From Patescibacteria group bacterium (GTDB lineage: Bacteria > Patescibacteriota > Saccharimonadia > UBA4664 > SCTI01): a stretch of DNA of 64,000 bases. The position numbers were made by a program, and so were the translations under genes. The stretch lies in NCBI GenBank assembly GCA_004297735.1, contig SCTI01000002.1, positions 64,160-128,159 of the forward strand, written 5' to 3'. Below, piece after piece: positions 17,309 to 27,206 of the stretch. The notes beneath the pieces are model-generated. The model had not been told where the DNA came from. It searched no databases and saw only the letters and a program-made list of their open reading frames with translations. How positions within the stretch are numbered: position 1 is the stretch's first letter; each line of letters begins with the position of its first letter.

Positions 17309-19264
17309 ATGAGCAAGGTGGCGACAAAAAATTACGTGGTGGTTTCACCGCTTACCTACACCGGCGCCGAAACGCGCGGCTTTACCTATGACAGCGGCGA
17401 ACAAGAGCTGCCGGTCGGTCAGATCGTCAAAGTGCCTCTTGGGCGGCGCCAGAGCCTGGGCGTGGTTACTCAAATCAACCTACCTAAACCAGAATTCGCT
17501 ACCAAGCCGGTTAGCGAGGTGCTCGACCTCCCGCCTCTACCCGCACATATCACCAATCTTGCAACCTGGATGCAAGATTACTACTACGCCAGCGCTAAGT
17601 CGGTCTGGCAGACCCTGCTACCGGCCGGCATCACGCGTAAGCGACGAATAAAAGAGGTTGAGCCAAGCCCGCTCACTCTTAAACCCTCAACCGAACCACT
17701 TACCGCCGAGCAGGAGGCTGCAATTAAGGTGGTTGAAACTGGCCAGCGCCCGACCACTCTGATTCGGGGCGTTACTGGGGCTGGCAAGACCCGTATTTAC
17801 ATGGAGCTGGTGGCGACCGAGCTGGCCAAGGGTAACTCGGCCATTATCTTGGTGCCAGAGATCGCCCTTACGCCTCAGCTGCTAGCGTTGTTTCACGCTC
17901 GCTTCCCTAACCGCATCCTGGCTTATCATTCAACCTTAACCGAGAGCCAAAAACATGTGGCCTGGCAACGTGCCCTGCTCAGCGAGGAGCCAATGGTGGT
18001 GGTTGGCGCCCGATCGGGTCTGTTTTTGCCACTAGCGCGTCTTGGCCTGGTGGTTATTGATGAGTGCCACGAAACCAGCTACAAGCAAGAACAGAACCCG
18101 CGCTACCACGCCGTAACCGCCGCCGCTCAGCTGGCTCGCCTGGCCGGCGCCAAGCTGGTGCTCGGGAGCGCCACCCCTGGCGTCCAAGAGGCTTACTTGG
18201 CGAGCGAAGGGCGCCTCAACCTAGCCGAGCTAACCAAGCGCGTCCAAAACCGTAGCCACCCCGAGATCAAGGTAATTGATATGCGTCAGGCCGAGGTCAA
18301 ACAGTGCGGCAGTCAGATCTCCCGGCCACTGCTACAAGCACTAACGGAAACGCTGGAGGCTGGCCGCCAATCTTTACTGTTTATTAACCGCCGCGGTAGC
18401 GCCAGTAGTCATCAGTGTGACGATTGTGGCTACGTCAGCAGTTGCCCCACCTGCCATCTGCCTCTTACCTTCCACGGCGATCGCACCAAGCTGCTCTGCC
18501 ACATCTGTAACTACCAGCTCACCCCACCAGCAATCTGTCCCGAATGCAGCCATGCCAGCTTTAAGTTTCTTGGTGGCGGCACGCAGCGAATTGAGGCCGA
18601 CATTCAGCGGCTGCTGCCAAAAGCTCGACTGGCGCGACTCGATAAAGACAGTGCTCGCGGCCACGACCTGGCCGAACTTCACCGCCAGCTCCACGCCGGT
18701 GAGATCGACATCTTGATTGGCACCCAGATGATCGCCAAGGGCCTGGACCTGCCGGCCCTCGACACGGTTGGGGTGATTAACGCCGACACCATGCTGCACA
18801 TGCCCGACTACAGCGCCAGCGAGCGCACCTATCAGCTCCTCACCCAGGTGGCAGGTCGAGCTGGGCGGGGCGATGCCAGCGGCATGGTCTACATTCAGAC
18901 CCACAGCCCAACTCACCCGGCGGTGACCGCAACGGTTAACGGCGACTACTGGAAGTTCGCCAATGCTGAGCTAGCGGAGCGCCAAGAACATGGCTACCCA
19001 CCCTTCCGCTATCTGTTAAAGCTAACCGTGTCCCACCAGGATAAAGCCACCGCCTCTAGAAGAGCCCAGGAGCTATATGGTAAACTTGGCCAGGTAGAGC
19101 AGGTTCGCCGTCTCGGTCCCGCCCCCGCTTTATACGACCGCGCCGGAGGTCAGTACCACTGGCATATCATCGTTAAAGCCGCCTCCCGCCCCCGCTTGCT
19201 AGCTGTTGCTAAGCTGTTGCCGGACTGGTGTAAGACCGATATTGACCCGATTAATCTGCTATAA
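17309..19264 (+). CDS. priA: Primosomal protein N' (PriA helicase)
   Basis: 651 aa, DEAD/DEAH helicase motifs plus Cys-rich zinc-binding region (CDDCGY..CPTCH..CHIC..CPEC); TACAAT box 7 nt upstream of the ATG suggests leaderless mRNA. Confidence 0.9.
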   Translation: MSKVATKNYVVVSPLTYTGAETRGFTYDSGEQELPVGQIVKVPLGRRQSLGVVTQINLPKPEFATKPVSEVLDLPPLPAHITNLATWMQDYYYASAKSVWQTLLPAGITRKRRIKEVEPSPLTLKPSTEPLTAEQEAAIKVVETGQRPTTLIRGVTGAGKTRIYMELVATELAKGNSAIILVPEIALTPQLLALFHARFPNRILAYHSTLTESQKHVAWQRALLSEEPMVVVGARSGLFLPLARLGLVVIDECHETSYKQEQNPRYHAVTAAAQLARLAGAKLVLGSATPGVQEAYLASEGRLNLAELTKRVQNRSHPEIKVIDMRQAEVKQCGSQISRPLLQALTETLEAGRQSLLFINRRGSASSHQCDDCGYVSSCPTCHLPLTFHGDRTKLLCHICNYQLTPPAICPECSHASFKFLGGGTQRIEADIQRLLPKARLARLDKDSARGHDLAELHRQLHAGEIDILIGTQMIAKGLDLPALDTVGVINADTMLHMPDYSASERTYQLLTQVAGRAGRGDASGMVYIQTHSPTHPAVTATVNGDYWKFANAELAERQEHGYPPFRYLLKLTVSHQDKATASRRAQELYGKLGQVEQVRRLGPAPALYDRAGGQYHWHIIVKAASRPRLLAVAKLLPDWCKTDIDPINLL

Positions 19265-19303
19265 ATTCATTAAACCTTTATTAAATACTCCTAGATTTAA
19301 ACC

Positions 19304-19873
19304 ATGAGCGCCAAACAGACCACAAAAACCAGCCCCAAAGACGACATTATTAGCCTGCCCGATCCTCGCCTGCACACCAAGTCGCAGCGCATCGGCTATA
19401 TCGACGAATCAACCCAGCAGCTCGCCGAGCACATGATTGCCGCTACTCTCGACTGGGAGGAGTCACGCGACCACGAGTTTGGGGCTGCTCTGGCCGCCGT
19501 CCAGTTAGGCAAGCTTTACCGTGTGGTTGTCATCCGTAACGAGTTTGAAGACAAAGCCGACAAAAGCTTTGGCGTCTTTATTAACCCCGAGATCGTCAAG
19601 GTTGAGGGTGAGCCAGAAGAGGCCATGGAGGGCTGCCTAAGCGTACCAGATCGTTACGGTATGGTTGCCCGCTACCCCAAGGTTAAGGTAAAGGCGCTCA
19701 ACCTCGAAGGCAAGCCAGTAAGGATCACCGCTACCGGCTTTTTGGCTCGGGTCTTTCAGCACGAGATCGATCACACCAATGGCAAGCTGTTTGTTGACCA
19801 CATTACCGACCCAAACAAGCTTTTTACCCTTCAACCTGACGGCAATTTTAGTAAGTATTCTCCTAAAAAATAA
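19304..19873 (+). CDS. def: Peptide deformylase
   Basis: GCLSVP and QHEIDH(TNG) motifs. Confidence 0.9.
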   Translation: MSAKQTTKTSPKDDIISLPDPRLHTKSQRIGYIDESTQQLAEHMIAATLDWEESRDHEFGAALAAVQLGKLYRVVVIRNEFEDKADKSFGVFINPEIVKVEGEPEEAMEGCLSVPDRYGMVARYPKVKVKALNLEGKPVRITATGFLARVFQHEIDHTNGKLFVDHITDPNKLFTLQPDGNFSKYSPKK

Positions 19874-19891
19874 ACGTGCTACCATACCACT

Positions 19892-20806
19892 ATGGATGAC
19901 CACCGAATCGTCTTTTTTGGCACCAACGACGTTGGCGTTCCGGTTTTGGAGCACCTCATCGACGCCGGCTATGATCTGGTAGCGGTTGTTACTAAGCCCG
20001 ATGCGCCCAGCGGCCGCGGACGCGAGCTAACCGCCCCCGAAGTTAAAACCATTGCCGAAAAAGCCGGCATTCCGGTGCTCCAACCAGAGCTGCTGGATGA
20101 TGATTTTGTGGAAGAGCTCCGAGACCTTAGCCCGACCGTTGGCATCTTGGTGTCCTATGGCAAGATCATCCCCGAAGAGGTGCTCGACCTATTTGAACCT
20201 GGCATTATCAACATTCACCCCTCGTTACTGCCTAAGTACCGTGGCTCCTCCCCCATTGAGCAAGCCATTTTAAACGGTGATAAAGAGACCGGTGTCAGCT
20301 TAATGCTCCTCGATGAGGGCATGGACACCGGTCCGGTTTATTTAACCGTTAAAGCTCCATTAACTGGGACCGAAACCAAACCCAAGCTATACGACCAGCT
20401 TAGTCAGCTCGGTGCTATTACCCTAGTCGAGCACCTCGAGGACATTTTGGGCGGTGATTTGTCGGCCACCCCGCAAGATGACCAAGAGGCCACCATCGCC
20501 CCGCGCATCAGCAAGCAAGACGGCTTGATCGACTGGAGTAAACCAGCTACCCAACTGGAACGCGAGGTTCGAGCTTACCTGGGCTGGCCCGGCAGCCGCA
20601 CCACTCTGTTTGACCGCGATGTGACCGTAACGGCAGCAAGTGTTGAGGAAGATAGCGATACCAGCCTGGCTCCCGGTGAGGCCAAGCCGGTTTATGGCAG
20701 CATCGAGGTCGGTACTGGCAACGGTATACTCAAAATTGAACGCTTACAGCCAGTTGGCAAAAAAGAAATGACCGCGGCAGAGTTCCTGCGCGGCCTTCGT
20801 TTGTAG
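19892..20806 (+). CDS. fmt: Methionyl-tRNA formyltransferase
   Basis: 304 aa, formyl transferase N- and C-domains, def-fmt operon. Confidence 0.9.
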   Translation: MDDHRIVFFGTNDVGVPVLEHLIDAGYDLVAVVTKPDAPSGRGRELTAPEVKTIAEKAGIPVLQPELLDDDFVEELRDLSPTVGILVSYGKIIPEEVLDLFEPGIINIHPSLLPKYRGSSPIEQAILNGDKETGVSLMLLDEGMDTGPVYLTVKAPLTGTETKPKLYDQLSQLGAITLVEHLEDILGGDLSATPQDDQEATIAPRISKQDGLIDWSKPATQLEREVRAYLGWPGSRTTLFDRDVTVTAASVEEDSDTSLAPGEAKPVYGSIEVGTGNGILKIERLQPVGKKEMTAAEFLRGLRL

Positions 20807-20908
20807 GGCGTTTTCGTTCCGCCCTGTTTCTATATCTCTATTATAGAGTAAGCTTTTCGACCATTACAAGACTTGTTCTTATCTGGCAATGCGCCTATCC
20901 TTAGAATC

Positions 20909-22660
20909 ATGAAAAATATTATAAAAGTCTTTGGCTACGTTCGGCACATCAAGCGCTACATGATCATACTGGCTCTACTTGGCCTCGGAATGTCGCTGCT
21001 TAACGTTATTCAGCCTTATATATTTAAGGTAATTGTTGATGAGCTTGTTCGTTCAACTAGTGACCCTAGCTTTACCCCTCAAATAATTTGGTACTTGCTT
21101 GGCGGACTGTTGGTGTTGCGCATTTTTTCTTCGGTAATAAACTACTTTAATAACATCTACGGCAACACTGTCTACCTTGGTTTTGTAAAAGATTTACGCC
21201 AAACTATTTTAGCTCACGTTACCAAGCTATCAATTGACTACTTCGAAAAAAGCCGCACCGGAGCAGTTATGCAGCGAGCTACCGGCAACTCCGCTGAGAT
21301 CGCCAATTGGTTCTACAACAGCGCCAGCAACATACTTGGGCAGATTTTAAGCACACTATTAGCTCTGTCTTTGATATTTTTTGTAAGCTGGCCGGCTGGC
21401 TTACTGGTTCTGGTGGGGGCAGTCTTGTTCTACAGTCAGCAAATACCAGTCATGCGTAAATACCGGCCAATCGGCACTCAAATGCAAAAGGCTATGGAGC
21501 GGTCACAGGGATACGTTCAAGAAACTATAGCTCATATCGCAACGGTTCGTAGTTTTGGCGGCGAGTCAGGGGCGCTTAAGAGGCACCTTGAGGCTCTCAC
21601 TGAATGGGGAGATCTATTAATAAAGCGTGACTCCGCCATGGAGCGCAACGTACTCCTAAGACAGTTTACGATTAGTCTAACTCTGGTTGGAGCGGTAGCA
21701 ATTGTGGCTTATGGCGCCGTTAACGGCTACCACACAACCGGTGACATCCTCCTCATCTCTTTATATGTGCAGCAGATTAGCGGCAGCTTATGGCCACTTG
21801 GCCGCTTTTACCTTAGCGTACACGAAACCGATATCACCGCGGAGCGCATCGTTGAAATGCTAGAAACTCCACCAACCGTGGTGGATGCTCCAAACGCCAA
21901 GGAATTGACTGAGATTACAACCGTCGAGTTCAAGAATGTTAGCTTTAAGTACCCGGGCAAGCGCAAGCTCACCCTAAACAAGGTTTCGTTTAAGGTTGAG
22001 CCGGGCCAGACGCTAGCCCTGGTGGGCCCGAGCGGTACCGGCAAGACAACCGTGACTAAGTTGCTGCTGCGCTTTTACGATGTGAGCGATGGCGCGATTT
22101 TAATTAACGGCACAGATATCCGTGAGTTTACTCAAGAGTCACTGCGGCGCCACATGGGCGTGGTCATGCAAGACGTGGCCCTGTTTAACGACACGGTTGA
22201 GGCCAACCTGCAGCTGGCACGGCCGGAGGCGACCTCGGCGGAAGTGCGAGCGGCGGCCAAGCAGGCTCATGCCAGCGTGTTCATTAATAAGCTGAGTGAG
22301 AAATACCAGACGCTGGTTGGCGAACGCGGGGTTAAGCTGAGTGGTGGCGAGAAGCAGCGGGTGGCGATTGCTCGCGCCATATTAAAGCAGCCGCAGTTGA
22401 TTATTTTGGATGAGGCGACCAGCGCACTGGACAGCGAGAGCGAACAGCAGGTACAAGCCGGCTTGCAGGAGCTGATGCAGGATCGGACCGCGATTGTGAT
22501 CGCTCACCGCTTGAGCACCATTATGGGTGCTGATCAGATTGTGGTGATGAAGGACGGTGCGGTGGCTGAGACCGGCAATCACGACAGCCTGTCGGCGAAG
22601 CAGGATGGTCTATACGCCAAGCTGGTCAGCCTGCAGCGCAAAGGGTTCGTAAAAGGCTGA
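20909..22660 (+). CDS. ABC exporter, fused permease/ATP-binding protein (MsbA-like)
   Basis: Six TM helices, Walker A GPSGTGKTT, signature LSGGEKQR, Walker B ILDEATSALD. Confidence 0.88.
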   Translation: MKNIIKVFGYVRHIKRYMIILALLGLGMSLLNVIQPYIFKVIVDELVRSTSDPSFTPQIIWYLLGGLLVLRIFSSVINYFNNIYGNTVYLGFVKDLRQTILAHVTKLSIDYFEKSRTGAVMQRATGNSAEIANWFYNSASNILGQILSTLLALSLIFFVSWPAGLLVLVGAVLFYSQQIPVMRKYRPIGTQMQKAMERSQGYVQETIAHIATVRSFGGESGALKRHLEALTEWGDLLIKRDSAMERNVLLRQFTISLTLVGAVAIVAYGAVNGYHTTGDILLISLYVQQISGSLWPLGRFYLSVHETDITAERIVEMLETPPTVVDAPNAKELTEITTVEFKNVSFKYPGKRKLTLNKVSFKVEPGQTLALVGPSGTGKTTVTKLLLRFYDVSDGAILINGTDIREFTQESLRRHMGVVMQDVALFNDTVEANLQLARPEATSAEVRAAAKQAHASVFINKLSEKYQTLVGERGVKLSGGEKQRVAIARAILKQPQLIILDEATSALDSESEQQVQAGLQELMQDRTAIVIAHRLSTIMGADQIVVMKDGAVAETGNHDSLSAKQDGLYAKLVSLQRKGFVKG

Positions 22661-22787
22661 GGCATGCCCCTCGGCCCTGTTCGTATCTGGGTTTGCCTTG
22701 AATTTATGCTCAAATATGCTACTATGTGGTATCGCTGGTAAGCGCTAGGTAGGGCTTACACAAACTTCGACACTTGGAGATGGTCAC

Positions 22788-23135
22788 GTGACCGTTTTGG
22801 GATTTTGGAGCAACCTGATGCTGAACGAAGAGTCGGGGTTCGGATGGCAGCTCATCAACCTGATCATCGGCGGTGGCTGCGTCTTCCTGGCATGGTTCTG
22901 GCAAACCAAGTTCCCGGCTGGATTCAGCCGGCTACAGAACGTGATCAAGGAGCTGTACCGACCACTTGACCCAAATGACGACCCGGCAGAGGTTCGGGCG
23001 GAGCGCGTCAAGATGATCAACGAAACTGCTAAATTGACCGCTGGACGTGGTACCGCTCGGTCAATCTTAGTTTTCGCGGTAGGAGGCATTGGTGTCGCCT
23101 TCATCACCACGGTGCTCAACAGCGCCTTCAATTAA
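22788..23135 (+). CDS. Small hypothetical membrane protein (115 aa, GTG start)
   Basis: Two hydrophobic helices, GGAGA RBS. Confidence 0.5.
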   Translation: MTVLGFWSNLMLNEESGFGWQLINLIIGGGCVFLAWFWQTKFPAGFSRLQNVIKELYRPLDPNDDPAEVRAERVKMINETAKLTAGRGTARSILVFAVGGIGVAFITTVLNSAFN

Positions 23136-23254
23136 CCTGACCCGCCACAACGTATAAGTAAGTGCGTTGTGGCGGGCTCCCACATTCACGTTGCATAGAA
23201 GTATGTTATTATATGTCTTTCTCCTGAAAGTAACTCAAAAAGAAGGTAACTACC

Positions 23255-23890
23255 GTGAGCAAAACCCTGCTCATCGTTGACGCCCCAAACATCAATTCAA
23301 CCGTGGCTAGCTTCCTGAGTGTTGTGTACCGGCAGCAGGGCTACATCCCGAAATCGTATGAACTACCTCACTACGAAGCGCTCATCGCTTATTGGTCACG
23401 ACCGGAGTCTGAACTCATAGCCTGGTTGATGGCCAATGTTAATCCAGGCCAGGCTGAAAGTCGCTGGCTCGCCTGTGCACGCAACGGAGGCTTTAGCGTA
23501 ATCACTAAGCCCAGATCCGTGGTCAACGGAGAGGTCGACTTCGATATAAATCCATCGGATATTGACGAAGAAATGGTAGCTCGCTTCAAGCAAACGCTTT
23601 GGAACGAACCGCTAGATCGAGTGATCGTGGTCTCCCACGACGGCAAGCGATGGCGAACGCTGTTAATGCTTGCTCGGCAGCTCGGCTTTAATGTCATCGT
23701 CATGGGGTTTCGCGAAGCCTCAGAGTGGCAAACGGTTGGTGCCTCCAGCAATCTCTGGACCTTTGTCGACCTACGTCGAGTCTCTGGCTTCATCGACGCA
23801 CCGCTCCCCGAGGTACCGCCCATTCGCCAGCCCATACAGCTCCTAGATCAGATGGAGCAGCTCCTCTGGCCTCCCGAGCACTCCGCTTAA
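23255..23890 (+). CDS. NYN/LabA-like (PIN-fold) domain protein
   Basis: N-terminal LIVDAPNIN and downstream acidic residues typical of NYN nucleases; GTG start with AAGAAGG RBS. Confidence 0.5.
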   Translation: MSKTLLIVDAPNINSTVASFLSVVYRQQGYIPKSYELPHYEALIAYWSRPESELIAWLMANVNPGQAESRWLACARNGGFSVITKPRSVVNGEVDFDINPSDIDEEMVARFKQTLWNEPLDRVIVVSHDGKRWRTLLMLARQLGFNVIVMGFREASEWQTVGASSNLWTFVDLRRVSGFIDAPLPEVPPIRQPIQLLDQMEQLLWPPEHSA

Positions 23891-23911
23891 GCCCTCCCTC
23901 GTGGAGGGCTA

Positions 23912-24241
23912 TTACTTTTCTAAAGCTTTATTTTGGCTCTGGTCAAGCACCTCTTGAGCCCCAAAGTGAAGTTCAGCTTTTACCGCGTCGGTTTCGGCGC
24001 GAACAAGCTCGGGGTAAGCCGGATACAGTTCAGCCAACTTCTTGAATACCGCTTCGTCACCATCTTCGACAGCCTCATCTAGCTGCTTTAATTGCTCCTC
24101 GCTTAGCAGATCACTCAGCTTCAACGCCACTCGATTTTGCACCACCTCGGACAGCTGTGCCGCCAGCTCCAACTTCTGCTCTTCGGTGGCCTGGCCGTAA
24201 CCTATATCTTGATAAAACTGATCATCTAGCTTCATGCTCAT
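23912..24241 (-). CDS. Hypothetical acidic helical protein (109 aa)
   Basis: ORF immediately downstream of the 603 aa gene, same strand. Confidence 0.5.
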   Translation of the reverse strand: MSMKLDDQFYQDIGYGQATEEQKLELAAQLSEVVQNRVALKLSDLLSEEQLKQLDEAVEDGDEAVFKKLAELYPAYPELVRAETDAVKAELHFGAQEVLDQSQNKALEK

Positions 24242-24244
24242 CTC

Positions 24245-26056
24245 CTATTTATACTTGTAAATTGAATTGGTAATATCGGCCTTTTCCAGCCTCCAGTATG
24301 GAACATCTTCATTGGTGCGAAACTCTAGCTTAGGCAGTAGCTCCTGCTTAACTTGAGCCTGATCGGCGGGTGAAAGGCTTTTAAATTCCTTGATATTTTC
24401 CAGGTGCTTACTTAAAACCGTGGCCTTTGAGTCTAAACTTCCACTATCGTAATCCTTAATCACATCCGGATAGCTATGATCTGGGTCGTAGGTAAGCGTT
24501 AGGCGCTTGTCAGCCAGCCCCGCCCCAGGGTAATCCGGTTGCTCCACATGAGATCCACCAAGGCTAACATGCTGCGCCTCGTGTACCGGTGCGTCCGGGG
24601 TTAATGCATCAACAATGCGGGTAGCGCCCGCCGCCAATGCTGCCGCGCTTGCGATCACAACGCCGATCCGATTGACTCGCTTATCGGACTTAAGGCGGGC
24701 AGACTCAGCTTCCATTTGACCAAGCAAAGTCTTACTTAAACCATCAGTGAGATTTCCCTCACTTTCGATATTCTGGTTTAGCTGACTGCTGCCAGCCTCC
24801 GACAAAACTGAAATTAAGGCTTTATCCTCATCGCTCAATTCGGTATCAGGCCGATCGGTAAAATGGCCTAAGGTATTGGCTATTTTTTGAAGATCAGGAT
24901 CATCGCTAACCTCATCTTTATCTAAATAAATACCTTGCTTTTCGGCGGAATCAAGCAGCCCCTTACCCTTCTTCGCCCTCCGGTCCACCATCGCTTCGGC
25001 GCCAGCTTTACCACTTAGGTATGCTCCACCAGCCCGGAGCGCAAAAACCCCGGCTGCAGCCACGCCCAGCCCACTAGCCAACAGCACACCACCACCTACG
25101 CCCATTGCCACACCGGCGCCAATACGTATCTTCTTATTCTGCTGCCACCAACGCACAAACTTAGCACCTGCTCCCAACTGCTTTTCACGAGCCTCTTGCT
25201 CAAGGGTTGAACGCTGCGCCATTTCGTAGGCTAAACGCTGCGTTATGAGTCGAGACTGATCTTCTTTGGTGAAAGCTTCGCCACTGTTAAGGGCTTTGAG
25301 TGCCGCTTCGGCTACCTCATTAATAATTGTTTTGTTAATCTCATTGACATAGGCCGCCTCCAGCTCTGACAGCTCCTCTTTGTCAACCTTGGCAAAGATA
25401 GTCCGGCGTTCATAAGCCCGCATTGCCACCAACTCGGCCCTTGTTCGAACTAACTGCTGATGCTTTGATAAATCGGGGTCATCAAAATCAATGTGAGTGG
25501 CTAGCTCATCTTTATGCACAGTAAATATTCGGTCGTACATGCTTTGAGCCCGCCCCAGCAAGACTTTTGGTGTCCACTTTTTAGATTCGCCGGTTGGTTC
25601 ATTCGACTTTGTCTCATCTGGATTTGGGCTGGCTGGCTGGTTGGTTGTTCCTGCGCCCTCATCTTCTTCAACCTGACGCCTCCAGTCGTCAAGACCATTC
25701 ACTGGCGATGCGTCGGGGTTAGGGAGAGGAGCGGGAGGGTTATCCTGCTGTTCTAGCTGTTGGCGCCAGTCGTCTAGGCCAGTATTGACCGGCTCCGGCT
25801 CACCTTTAATGTGTCGCATAAGAGCTTGCTTTAATTGATTATCGTCCGGTACGAGTAATGTCTCCTCCTGGACGTACTCAAGGGCCTTGCGAGTCGCCTC
25901 GGCGCTATAGGGATGATTATGCAGGTACTCATTAACAGTAGCGCGGAGCTCCCCATTCTCCAAAGCATCAAGTTGCTCAGCCTCAGGGGTGACTGTTTCG
26001 GGACCAGTTTGGGGATGTTGACGCTCCGTCATAGATAGATACCTTACAGGAATCAT
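24245..26056 (-). CDS. Large hypothetical membrane-associated protein with internal GLDDWR(Q/R)Q(L/V)E repeats and a Gly/Ala-rich TM segment
   Basis: 603 aa ORF, backbone-like GC; repeated motif NxGLDDWRxQxExxD twice. Confidence 0.6.
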   Translation of the reverse strand: MIPVRYLSMTERQHPQTGPETVTPEAEQLDALENGELRATVNEYLHNHPYSAEATRKALEYVQEETLLVPDDNQLKQALMRHIKGEPEPVNTGLDDWRQQLEQQDNPPAPLPNPDASPVNGLDDWRRQVEEDEGAGTTNQPASPNPDETKSNEPTGESKKWTPKVLLGRAQSMYDRIFTVHKDELATHIDFDDPDLSKHQQLVRTRAELVAMRAYERRTIFAKVDKEELSELEAAYVNEINKTIINEVAEAALKALNSGEAFTKEDQSRLITQRLAYEMAQRSTLEQEAREKQLGAGAKFVRWWQQNKKIRIGAGVAMGVGGGVLLASGLGVAAAGVFALRAGGAYLSGKAGAEAMVDRRAKKGKGLLDSAEKQGIYLDKDEVSDDPDLQKIANTLGHFTDRPDTELSDEDKALISVLSEAGSSQLNQNIESEGNLTDGLSKTLLGQMEAESARLKSDKRVNRIGVVIASAAALAAGATRIVDALTPDAPVHEAQHVSLGGSHVEQPDYPGAGLADKRLTLTYDPDHSYPDVIKDYDSGSLDSKATVLSKHLENIKEFKSLSPADQAQVKQELLPKLEFRTNEDVPYWRLEKADITNSIYKYK

Positions 26057-26189
26057 TCTACTTAAGCTTACGGGTATTGTCGAACCAATATGAGATAAAC
26101 ATTCAGGGGATATGTGGTCTGGCCACCGGAGCGAGCTTATGCCCGCCCCGGTGAACCATGTTCGCTAACTGCGCGAACGCGACCTACTG

Positions 26190-27206
26190 CTACCAGCCGG
26201 CGGGATCGCCCATGGGGGCGATCGGGATGGCCGGCTGGGCCGGTGCAGGGGCCGGCACCGCGGGTGCTCCGTCGTCCGGAACTCCCGAGCTGTCGGGCCC
26301 GGTCGGCTCAGCGACATCGTCATCGGTGATGACGATCTTCTTGGCCGCCTTCTTGGCCTTGCGCCGGTCCCGCCATCCCGGCATCGAGTTGGCGAGCGAA
26401 GCCGCGAACTCCGGGTCTTCCGCCAGCCTACTCTTGAGCTGGGCAGACAGACCGTCGAGCCAGCCGTCGTCCTCGGCGAGGGCCCGGCCGACCTCGGTGG
26501 CAAAGGCCACCGGGTCGAGCTGATCGACCCGATCGGACAGAGCGGTCAGCTGATCCAGGAACCCGGGGTCATCCTCGGTGGCCTGGATGGTCTGAGCCAG
26601 CTCATTGAGACTGGTCAGAACCTCGGCCATCTGATCGCCAGACGGCGGCTGGCCGGGATCTCCGGTGCCACCGGCGGGAACCGGAGCGAGCGGCGGGCCC
26701 GGATCGGGGACCAGATCCGCCAGCTCCTTGCGCACCTCGCGCTCCGCCTGCGCCCTTCGGCGCTGCTGGAGCGCCACCTCATCGTCGAGCTCGAGCTCCT
26801 TAGCCCGAGCATCGATCACCCGGTCGGCGGCCTGCCTGAGGGAGTGCTCCCCCGCCTGGCGCTCCCGGCGAACCTCATGTCGCAGCGCGTCGAGCGAGGG
26901 CGGCTGGGGTGCCGTCTGCCGGAACTGGTCCAGCATCGACGCGACAGCCTCCTGAGCGGCCTGGCTGGCGATGCGCTCGGCCTCCTGCCGGGTCACACCG
27001 CCATCCTCGCGCCGCGAACGGCGCTGGGAGCCCTGCCTCGGAGTCGGGGACTCCTCAGCGGCAGGGGTGGGTGCCACCGGCGGTTCGGCCGGCGGAGCGT
27101 CCTGCGAGGGCGCCCCATCCGAGGCCGGAGCCTCGTCGGGGAATGCGTCATCGAGGGCGGAGGCGAGGTCGCCGCCGCCCGTTCGTGTACCGGCCATGTT
27201 GTTCAT
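26190..27206 (-). CDS. Hypothetical acidic Pro/Ala-rich, largely disordered protein (338 aa); island gene 3
   Basis: High-GC ORF, ATGA overlap with the upstream gene. Confidence 0.6.
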   Translation of the reverse strand: MNNMAGTRTGGGDLASALDDAFPDEAPASDGAPSQDAPPAEPPVAPTPAAEESPTPRQGSQRRSRREDGGVTRQEAERIASQAAQEAVASMLDQFRQTAPQPPSLDALRHEVRRERQAGEHSLRQAADRVIDARAKELELDDEVALQQRRRAQAEREVRKELADLVPDPGPPLAPVPAGGTGDPGQPPSGDQMAEVLTSLNELAQTIQATEDDPGFLDQLTALSDRVDQLDPVAFATEVGRALAEDDGWLDGLSAQLKSRLAEDPEFAASLANSMPGWRDRRKAKKAAKKIVITDDDVAEPTGPDSSGVPDDGAPAVPAPAPAQPAIPIAPMGDPAGW

